From assembly GCA_963920595.1 (NCBI GenBank), contig OY986948.1, forward strand, positions 1,488,001 to 1,552,000: DNA of 64,000 bases, in the 5' to 3' direction. The stretch's first letter is position 1. Each line of letters starts with the position of its first letter. Positions 13,201 through 23,545 of this stretch are shown here, piece by piece. The DNA comes from Eimeria praecox. Taxonomy: Eukaryota. Below the pieces are notes generated by a model that was given only the letters and a program-made list of their open reading frames with translations, did not search any database and was not told the DNA's origin. A program made the position numbers and the translations under genes.

Positions 13201-15194
13201 CAGAGCCCTGAAAATACCCTACCATTTGTTAGGACGGCGCATGGTTCTCGAGGATCATCTAGCGGGTGCTCAACAAGCCCAGCAGACTTAGGGCTAGTAA
13301 TATCCGCAGATGGGCTTGGCCAGGGGAGGACACAAAGAGGCAACGTGCAGGTGACCTTTTCCCCTCAGATGGGGGCCTGGGTGGTTTGCTGTGCACGAGG
13401 CTTGCTACAACAAAGCAGAGCATTTTCTGTAGCAACATTAGGTTTTGAGGGGGCGAAAAAGACGGCTCAGCAATATGCAACTCACTGTACGTCCACCTTG
13501 CATTGCTGCTGTCGGTTGCTCGTCAGTTATGCTCCCTAACCGAAGTGGCTAATGTACACTGAGCGAAAGCCCTTAACGGCGCTTCATAATCCCATAATAA
13601 TCTCCCATAAGAGGCCTGCCAGTTATGCTTGCGCACTTGCCACAGGCCGGCGACAGTGCTCCTCCAAACGCTCATCCGATCGTGGCGGCAAAGGGAAGGG
13701 CGGTGAGACGAGGGAAGACGCCACAAGATGTGGATCACGGGGTTCCAAGGATACGAGCAGAAAGGCAGGAAGTGCTGTCACACCAATCCCCCAAGTGACT
13801 ATAGGGCTTGCTGGGCCTCCAGGAGGAGCATTTAATTTGGCCAAGAGCAACAACCAGGAGTTCATTCTTCCGAAGAGCGTAAGAAAACCCCTTCCCGGCA
13901 TGGGCACGCCTTTCATGCAGGCTTCCTTGGCGAGATTGGTGATACCTCACAGCCCCTTGCTATGAATCGTGCTCTTTTACTCCTCCCTCAGGTGCCTTTC
14001 CTTCTGCATAAAAGAGGCAAATGATCCTTACTTTGTCTCCATCTTACTTCTGCAGGACTTTTCAGCCAGCCGTGTTGCCCGCCTAAGTCGGAGAGCGATG
14101 GAATTGCCTTACGTCCATGGTGTTCGCTTTGAAGCTGCAAATTTTGCCTGGGTAGCCCAGATGCGAGGGGAGGCCAGACGATTTCTAGTTAAAAAGCACG
14201 GGTTTGTAAAAAGTAGGCTGTGCGCTATTGAGAAGATTGAGATGTGGAGGGCAGCGCTCTCTCCTGAAGCGCTTGCAAGCGAGCTTAAAGGTACAACAAA
14301 AGAAACTTGTTTCAGCTATCTCCTACATGCCCGCCTCTGCCTGAGCTCCTACGGATCTTGCGCAAACAAGTCCTTGCCCTGTTATTTTGCTGCTTGCTTA
14401 TACCCTAAACACTCTCGGATTCTTTTCCTTTTCAATTGCTTGGACTGCGAAGTTGCCGGCCTTGCGAAAGAAATGCAATGCGCTGCCACACTGGAATTGC
14501 AGTTTCCTCGTGTTTGGTCGTTCTCGACTTTTCTGCAGCTGAACAGGACGTTCTGGCCATGGTTCCAACAATGTGCCCAGAGGAGGCAGACCCTGAGGCG
14601 ATGCAAGCGGTAGAGGAATCTCTGCGGCTAAAATTCCAACGAGGGTCCATCATATCCTGCCGGCCCGCCGGGGGCCCTTCTATAGGGCTCAAGAGACAAC
14701 GAAACCTTTGTTTGGATACGGAGCGGGATATATGCAGGGCGAATCGCCCTCATGATACATTTCCCGAACATCTCCTGGCACACCAGCAGCAAGTGATGGC
14801 CGCACAGCACCTGAATTTACAACCCAATACTCAACCCGACGGACAGCGGCATCAATTCCAACTTGCACAACCGCAGTTCGTGCAAGCTTCCCAGCAGCAG
14901 CTCCTCGAAAGCCCTCAGCAACATCTGCTGGCGCAGGAGCACCTGCTGCGAGCCATGGCGTCACCAGTATCGAATGCAGACCCCCCAGCAGGACGTGATG
15001 TTTCGGAACAGCCGCAACAGCAGCATGTGCTTCTGTCGCTCCAGGAATTTCGCACAAGAGGGCAGCAGCAGCACCAGCTGATGCCCCATCAGTTTCAGTC
15101 ACCACTGCCAGCGCTGCCTGGGATGCGTCTCCAGCACCAGACAATAGGCCCAAATAGTCAACCGACCAGAGCAACAGGTGAACAACCGCAGTGA
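10283..15194 (+). CDS. ApiAP2 transcription factor, multi-exon, N-terminal ACDC-like region plus two AP2 domains and a Q-rich tail
   Basis: Long S/G/P-rich ORFs are joined by in-phase introns at 12480-12565, 13487-13645, ~13939-14055 and 14291-14538. AP2-like motifs are VTFSPQMGAWVVCCARGLLQQSRAFSVATLGFEGAKKTA (~13350-13470) and LPYVHGVRFEAANFAWVAQMRGEARRFLVKKHGFVKSRLCAIEKIEMWR (~14104-14250). An ACDC-like segment FHEEHLDGCSLSELSEYLQIFSSFL lies at ~11980-12060. The true start codon is uncertain and upstream exons are possible. Confidence 0.8.
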
Positions 15195-16790
15195 GAGACC
15201 GACTGAAATCTGCATCGGTTATTTTTATCGGAACCAGCCAGGAAAAAAGAGGCCTAATTTGGCCTTCGAATGGGTATTGGTTTTAAGAGAAAGCAGGGCT
15301 TTTTTGACAAAAGCTTTTGCACTGCAAAGTTGCAGTAAACAGAGAAAAAGAAACAACAAGGCTTTTTGTTGGTGAGAAGTGTCCCAATTAACGATACAAA
15401 TTCTTCTGCCAAAAGCTTGAGTAAATGAATCCGTAAGGGCTTAGCGCGCATGTTATTTCAAGTATGAACGTCATTCTTCTGATCTTATATCCCGTGAGGT
15501 GGTACAGTCTAATGCCGATTTTTGATGCATTCTTGTCAAAGGGGCATGCTTCAATTATGCCTAGGACTGTAAGGAGCAACGTGTGAGCAGAAAGCTCGAA
15601 TTGTGTGACCACATCCAAAGCGCGTACTGAGGCATTGGCTTTTGTATCGATATTTGTGTGCACTGCCAATGACGAAGGTCAACCAGGCTCTTTTCCGCTA
15701 TCTTTGCTGCCACTTGATCAGTCGAAAGGAGTTTTGAGTGTGCAGAATGTAGGGTGGTCGGCGGCAGGCGTTGGAGCCGAACATCCTGCAGGGATTACCA
15801 TATCCCCTGACTGCCAGCCGCAGGCCCCTGTTCCCTCACCCCATTCCCCTCCCACTATAGTCAGGACACTTAAAACCAGATGGAAAAGTCAGCTGCGCTT
15901 CGGGCACACATTAAGAAAGCTCTTAAAAAGCTCGATAGGCAGAGGCTAGCACCGTAGCTTGACGGTCCGCGAAAGAGGTCTTTACTGGCACATAAATGGA
16001 AGGTATCAAGAAATTGGTGTCTGACGCAGTCTTCCAGAGCCCCACCAATCATACACTCCTCTGCTCATCTGCATTGAGCTACCTTCACGCCTGTTAAATA
16101 TCAACGAGCCTGCTTAACGACGGATGACGTGTTAAGGACCGCAATAGACAGTGGTGTCTCCTAATTAAAAAAGAGGAATCGGGCCCGTTAACCACATGGC
16201 CCAAATTCGCTTCACGTAGAGCCTTTTCTCAAAACAAAATGCAGTACTTAAGCTCGCCACGCCGGTGCCAGTGTGATCCTATTATCATTTGATCTTTCTA
16301 GCATGGACATTGAGCCACGCATTTGCCTTCTTGTCAGCTAAGGCAGCAGAACACTCTCAAGTCCGCGTTGTTGGAGACTCACATAATTCCTACAAGGATT
16401 CGCTCAGTCGTCGTTATACTTTACATCGGCGTCGTCACCACTAGGACGCCGCAATAGCGTTTACGTTGTTGCGTGTGTGCTCAACAAGCGTGTCCACTTT
16501 ATGCCCTAGTGCAATTCAACCACCGTTCGCAGAGCAGCCAAGTTATCCTTTATTGCAACTGGCAAGCTGAATGGATTCCGCTAAAGCAGCTCCTTTCAGT
16601 TGCAAGCACCGTTTTTGAGAACCTGCATACAACAGGAGATCATGCAGCTCGCAGCAAACCGCTACCGTCCCGGAGAAAACAGTAAAAGAGATGGCAGAAA
16701 CCACGGGCTTGCCCACAAGCTGCGGTTTCATACTCAGCAAAATTCATAGGAGTATCTCCCATGGCCCTGAGCGGGATTCGAACACAATGC

Positions 16791-16791
16791 G

Positions 16792-16827
<36 letters not shown>
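16791..16827. repeat. (TG)n microsatellite
   Basis: Directly visible GTGTGTGCGTGTGTGT... run, isolated in the repeat-poor segment. Confidence 0.95.
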
Positions 16828-16828
<1 letters not shown>

Positions 16829-19800
16829 CTGTGGCTGCGTGGGCGGCTGGTTGTAGGTGTGCTGAAATCCATTTGCTCACCTACTAGCGCAGCAGAGGAA
16901 TAATTGCGCCCGCATGCATTCCCTAGCTTCTCCCTCCTATTCTGCAGTACCGCTTCATAACAAGCTGCTGGGGGGCACATATTGAGGCCAGTGCCATATT
17001 TTACCAGCAGGAACCCACCCGAGAAGGCTTATAAAATGCAAAGGGAGGCTCCTGTAGTTCCGCGCGCTTTGAGATTGCCGTAAAAAGCTAACTCAGCACT
17101 GTGGAAAGCCTTGCCTTTTTCTGTGGAAGTGACAGTATATTACGGTGTAGCGCAACGCTGTGCCCTGCATGATGTTGCATCTCGGGTATCTATACGATGC
17201 AACAGGGGGGCAGGGCCACTAACTACAAAGACAAATATTTCAAATCATAATTCAGTCCTTACAAGCGAGCAGCGATTGCGTGCACCTCTTGGAAGATGTG
17301 CGTATTTCCGGTGTAAAACCTTTGATAGGCGTGTGGCACCTGCCGTTTGTTTCGCAACAAACGGCAGTAAAAAGAACAAAGATCGCAGACTGTCTGCTGG
17401 CAGCATTGAGGATGATTAAGGGGGACATAAAGAGAGCTGGAGAGGAAACGAGGCAAACTGCGTGCTTTCAATGCATGGTAGACCTGCGGAGAAGGAAAGG
17501 CGACTGATGCAAAACCGACACTGACAGCGGACACATGTTGCTTGTGCAATGGCCGTAGCATTCCTTACGGGGCATCCCAATTGTGGGCAGTGTAGGCCGC
17601 CAGGACGTCAGGGGGAATATTTTTGCTGTGCATTATTGAGTTGCAAATGATAGGCTTTCGCCGGAAATAACGGTGCAAGTGCGAAGGCATGGGGGAATTA
17701 GGCATGTCACGGTCTACCTCTCCCAAAACATGACAGCGGGGATATCTGGAGGCTGAGAGGTCGTCCGCCAGTCCTGAGGTAGGTGTCAAATTGTGCAGAA
17801 TCCCTCCCTATTACTTGCAAAAAGTGCATCTGCCATCTGGACTGTGCTTGTGGCTCCTGCGGCGTTGAATGTCGATTTGAAATCGTCAGATACTTTGGTA
17901 GGCTGCTACTAGATTCAACAGAGCTAGGAGCAACAACGGCAAACTGCTTTCCATGAGGTGACAGAGGGACCGGGAGGCGCCCGACTCCCGCTTTGCCACT
18001 CAGGCATTCTCACCCCAAGTGTTTGTTCTGCAAAAGTGAAAGCCTACACTAGCGGGGGAAGGAGACAGCGTCAACACTCCCTCCACGCCGCCCATGGATG
18101 CTTTTCAGCGCCACAACAGTGGCGCTTGCTGGCAGTTGGAAATGCCTCAGGTAAGCTTCAAATCTGGCTCGCATCATGTGGACGAACCAATGGGACACGG
18201 TGCTAGTCAGATCAGGTTACTCTAGTTAGGCACCCTCGCGGGCGTAAGGTACCTTAAAACCTGGGCATAAATAGGAAATAGTGGGGCAGATGTACGCTAA
18301 ATGCACACAAAATTGGTTTAACCAGTTCCATGCAGTGTAGGCGGGCTAACCGCTGCTTGGATCCCCGGTGCACTTGGATATCAGAACCCACTGCTTGTCC
18401 GTCAGAATTGCATTTGGCCATCGAGACCCAGCCCACAGCCTAGTTAGTGCTGCAAAGTGGGCCATTCTCGACGCTGTGCAGAAAACAAGCAGAAAACTTG
18501 ACTCTCCCTTTCGGCAAAATGGTGGGCCTCTGCTATGTTGTACATCTGCAGCAGCGCAGTATTTAGCTATGGAAGCTGGTTCGAGCTCCTGTCATTTCCA
18601 CGTAACTTTGCCCGGAATTCATTCCTGTCCTAGTCATACCGGCGCTGCACTTTCTCATGAATTTGGCCGTTGTTGAGTGCGTGAGCAAGCGAATTAGCAT
18701 GTGCTGGGTGGAAGTGCTAAGCATTTGTTCTCCCAAATTTGATGGCAATTTCAGGATGCTGGAGCTTTTCACGAAACCGCATGGGGTGAGTCTCTGAAAG
18801 AGCTGATTCAGCGCACTCATCAAGCAAGGCGCAGCGACCTGGGCAGGTTTGGTTACCTACAGGGTCGTAGCGAAATCCTACGCTGGTGGTGCTTCAACGC
18901 AGGAGCAAGACTGAAATTCTCCCGCATAATTGTACATGCCAGTTCGTGTGTTACAATCTTTAGCCCCTTCCCTGGATTTATATTCGTTCGCCCGTTCCTT
19001 TTTTGTTGCCAGAACTCCGTGCTAGAGCCCAGTTGCATGTCTGCAGTGTGGTGATGCTGCTCATTGTTGAACCAACAGCGATTTTCGAGGATGCAGGACC
19101 CCAGGATGACAAGTTTAACAATCCTCAGGGTACACTATTCAGTGAATTTTGGGAAATAAGTAGTAATGAGGGGAGTAACAGCTGGTGCACTGCTCTTTAC
19201 CTTCAATGGCTTGCTTCCTAAATATTAGGCTGGAAACGGCAGTTGCTTTTAGCTTTCCTGTAGGCTGCAGAAGCCGGTGGAGATGCGGCTCGGCTAGCGG
19301 TGCTGTAGGCGCCCGATCGGCAAACCAATCCAGGTGAACTACCAGCTGGCTTGCCTGCTAGGTGCTGGGGAACTCCGTTGCCTGGATTCGATTGTGCGGC
19401 TGGCGGTACGCGACAATAGATGGGAAAACGGCAGCGCCTGACGAAAGGGTTCCAGAGTTTTCGATTATTCTTGCCTGCGGGTAAAGTGATTTTTAGCCAC
19501 TGGGGGAATTGTCTACATAAGCAAAACAGTCTCTTGGAGGCATGCTTGCTACCACAATTGAGCATGTGCTACCATATTGACCTGCACATTTCATCAAAGT
19601 ACGACCCTTGTAAGTGAATAGAAATACGTTTTCCTTGCGGGAAGTGAGCTTTGACAACGCGCATTCTGAATTTGTGTCGTGCCCCTCTAGGGTCAGCGAG
19701 GGTCAGCACACCTTTCAGCCACACCTGCATATAAATAGCACTTATTGGCAGCTAGGAGACAGGCATATTGTCCATACGTCGCTCAGGACCCAAACCTATA

Positions 19801-20149
19801 TATATTTAACCTATAATTAGGAGCATGCTTGTTCGTGTGTAAACAGTGTGGTTGCTGGCCATTTTTGGGACAAGAACCAAAGTTTCCTGACCTCGCCTGC
19901 TTCGATACAGCGCCGGAGCACTAGAGCGGTGTGTGCCCACGGCTTTTGACCATCGGACTGCTCGCGCCAGACATCATATAGAACCCTTTGGGGCTCCCCT
20001 TTTGTGCAGAATAATTAGTTCACTATGAAAGGAAAAGCGCAACCTACCGGAAATCAGCGCAGTCGGCTGCCCCATGTAACTTACCAGCCCCCCAGCAGTT
20101 CGAATCTATCCGCTGGTGTTGTTGCTCTTTACCTCAGCACAAATTGCGG

Positions 20150-21947
20150 TATCTTGCCTTTTCCCTTTGTCAGTATGAGGATAGCCCCCCTCCTCAGTTC
20201 CCAAGATATTATGCCAACGAAAGCCTCATCGTGCGCTTTTAGTAGTCATCCATTGCGCTGCTCTCAGGGTGATCGCATATCCTGCCACTCTACAGAAGAA
20301 ATTTGGAATTGAAACGTTGCGGAATGCCCATCTTAAAGCTCAGCAGTATTGGGGGTTTTCACAGAATTTTCAGAACCTAGTGTAGTGGGCCAGCATGAGA
20401 GTGCTCGTCTGCAACATATACTGGTACGCAATCAATGATTGACGAGCAGCTGCTCAGGATTAAAGGGCCGCTACTGCGGTGTAGGTTAGGTTCGAATATC
20501 TCCAGTGCGGGCCTACATCCTAATGGCATACCCTTGCCTCATCGACGTCCGTGACGACCGGTCTTCTGGCGCCACGCGCTTACCGTATTTCCGCAGTAGT
20601 AAGCGCTTTAGCCCTGTGCAGCGCACCGAGTGGTAGTGCCTACCCTGTCAAGATTGTCACCATTTGCCGGCCGACTCCCAATAGCTAAATGGAATGATAC
20701 TCTCTCCCATAACCATCGTCCCTTTCCTTTGTGATCGTGGCGAGAGAGGCACGAGATGAAGCCAGCTTCATCCACCTTGCCTCCTTCTGTAAGAGTTCTG
20801 CGAGGTTCTAGAACTCTTTTCTCAAGGGGTTCGCGTCACCCTTACCAGCCATCCGGTCTGGCATCTGGCGTACTGTGTGGCATTTTATCCTCTCCAAGAG
20901 GTGAGTACTCAACAACAGGCTCCCTAGTGCACCTGCAGCAAAAGGCAACAGCCTGAGCAGCATAGTATGCCACAAAGTCCTGGCAAGGAGCTACCATGAG
21001 ACCTGCAGCATGGTTGCAAGCCAATACTCCCTGCCGTTTTTTTTCCTTTATGCAACTAACTGTTACCCTTCGGTAGCCACGTTTCCGCTATGGGACCTAG
21101 TGTAGTCTGAAAACACTCCTCTCAAGAGGCGGCCGCCCTCAGTCCTACGCCGCCTGCAGAGGGCGCCCCACTGCTTCTTCGGTACGCTGTGCCCGGTATT
21201 TGGTTCTTATCAGCGTCTGCTGTCCCCATTGCATAGGCGTCTTCTCGCTCTTAACGCCTTACTGCTCATTGTGACACGGTTATTGAGTCCGGGGATATCA
21301 TCAGAACTCACCAAGCCGGCACAGTCCACTGGCAACTTCAGCGTCAACTAGCTCCACTGCTTATGCTTAGGCCAGTTAAGTTGTGAACCTACTAGGCCCT
21401 GTGTTATCCTGACCACTCCATATGCACCCTTCCTTACTTTGGCAGCTTGCTCCTTCTACCGCTGGTCTTGTGGTTGCCACCCCCTGCGCTAGGGCCCAAC
21501 ATTCCCACGTCCATTGCATTGCCTGCCTTCTTTTCTCCTTTTAGGATTGCGACAGTGCCGAGCCTCACGAATCATCAAGATAGCTCCACGCGTAGGGTTG
21601 CAGCCCCCCCCGTTTCCCTTACGGTGGCTGTCTTAGTGGTTCCTTGAGTATAAGGATGTTTGGGGCTGATGCTAGGCAGTTCTTTCCCGTGTGAAACCAG
21701 TTCCTCAGACCGTTGTTTACACTGGCGGCTGCGCTTAGTTTCGCGCAAGGTATTGAAAAAGGAGTTCTACATCATTCGGCCGTGCCCATTTGACTCCCTA
21801 TGCCCCAGCAATACCACGCCACACACAGTGCACCGTCCAACCCCAGGCCACCAGCTAAATCCGTTGCGCCTCCCTAAGCCGAGGCGTTTAATCCAGAACG
21901 CCAATATCTTTGCTTTCTCACCCACAAATATCAGACGCGGATGTGGG
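20150..21947 (-). mobile_element. Decayed LTR retrotransposon relic (Ty3/gypsy, chromovirus-type; gag-like region plus remnant of aspartic protease)
   Basis: Minus-strand translation, broken by stops and frameshifts, gives VGEKAKILAFWIKRLGLGRRNGFSW, LRETKRSRQCKQRSEELVSHGKELPSISPKHPYT, GLVSSDDIPGLNNRVT, RRRRTEGG, QMPDRMAG and LAELLQKEARWMKLASS. From memory, these resemble the gag-like ORF of multicopy Eimeria retroelements. They are followed by a possible degenerate CCHC knuckle (~20640) and protease-like remnants (IID at ~20430; ILGT at ~20200). Not confirmed by search; boundaries approximate. Confidence 0.55.
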
Positions 21948-23460
21948 TGTAACAACTAAACCCTAGGGATATCCGATATATGAGGCACCTGGTTACGTCG
22001 TCAAAAGGGGTTGCAGGCTAGATCTCGAAACTTTCACCAAGCTACAGTCCGCGTGATGGCCCGCCTCCGATACATCAAATGCCAGATAACAACAAATCCG
22101 TAGTTAGGGTGGGATAGCCAGGCCTCTTACACGCTGACACGGGTTCGAGGGCGGGGATGGATGCTGCTAATGCCCGATCCGCCAGCTCATTTCTCCATAA
22201 TTTGCTCTGAAATAAGTTTTGCTTCTAGATACAGGTGAGGGAACCTAATGCGTCCTTACGTTTGGCTGGAATTTTCCTAGTTACGCTAAGTAAGTGTCAG
22301 TGAAGCACCTCTTCATGCTTTCTGAACAACCTCCTGACCCGAAAAGCGACCGCTGATTCCCAGTCGCAAGCTAAAATGCCGGGGTTCAGCTGAGCAGTCC
22401 TACAGCCATAGGAACAACGACCAAGCGGCGTGAGACGACGAAATAGGCTTGCACCCGGCGGTGCTGTTGAGGTCCAAAAGACTAAGTCTGTCAGCTAACG
22501 CGCCTGGGGCATGTGTGCTAGTCCTTGCTGCAATCGGTGGTTCAATGGAGCCCGGGGCGCAACGCCAGCCAAGCGCAGTTCTAGAGTGTAGTAAACAGAG
22601 CTTCTAAACACGTACTAGTCTGTCTGTAGGGAACTTCGCCGGTAGCAGGAGTGCGCGTATCAGCTTAAACCAAACCGTGGAAGCCCCAGCGACAGGCGAG
22701 ACCCAATCTCGAAAGCAAAATGCCTACGCTCTTTTAGGTGTGATGGTAATGCAAATTCCCTGCATCTGGCATACCTTGAAAACTCATGGACTACATTAGG
22801 GCCTCCTTGGATTCAGTCAGCACTGTGTTGATTGAAAAATAGTGGATGCTGCCCACCCTAAGTTCCTTTGGATTTGAACAACCATTTCCACGAAACGCGC
22901 TCTAAAGCACATTCCCTCAAGTGGCAATGAATTGGGTAAATGGCCCTATTCCTACGCAAGGCCGCAAAACAGAAGCACGGGGAGGCAATAAATTCCCCTC
23001 GCGAGAGGCATAGACACCCAACATTGCCGGACAAGAAGCGATTGATCACGCTGTTCAGCGGCAATGAGGTTCACGCAAGCATGCGTGAACTTGTGAAAAG
23101 CCGATACATTTTCTTTCCTCGTGGCTGAGCGTCGGCTCAAAGGGCAATTCTAACGTGCGAAGACTAATGGCATGCAGGCGTGAGTTCAAGAATCTGGCCC
23201 GGCTACGGTTGGTTGTACGAAAGACTGAGCACGCATGGATAGACACTGCTTAACCGCCTCTGCTGGTAGCACATGCCTCACTCCAAAATGCATGAATTGG
23301 GCATGCCTTTGGTTATAGGGCTGGTGAGCATTGTTGCAGCTAACTCATCCCCATGCACTGCCCACAATTCTCGCTAAGCTTGTTCCTCCGCTGAGAAAGA
23401 GTGTTAGCCCACATGGAGATTTGGAAACAGGAGCCTGAGCCAGTTTCCCAAAACCTGGAA

Positions 23461-23545
23461 CCTTTCACCCCCAAATGCCACTTCGCACTTGTAGATTGGT
23501 ATCTAACCAATCTACAAGTGCGAAGTGGGATTTTGGGGTGAACGG
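23461..23545. repeat. Long near-perfect inverted repeat (40-bp arms, 5-nt loop)
   Basis: Arm 23461-23500 pairs with 23506-23545 at 37 of 40 positions, and the inner 23 pairs are perfect (CCACTTCGCACTTGTAGATTGGT / ACCAATCTACAAGTGCGAAGTGG). The loop is ATCTA. Confidence 0.95.

Noticed and set aside
22098..22162. tRNA-like string with GGGTTCGA
   Set aside because: The T-stem does not pair (CGGG with GGGCG) and there is no coherent D or anticodon arm.
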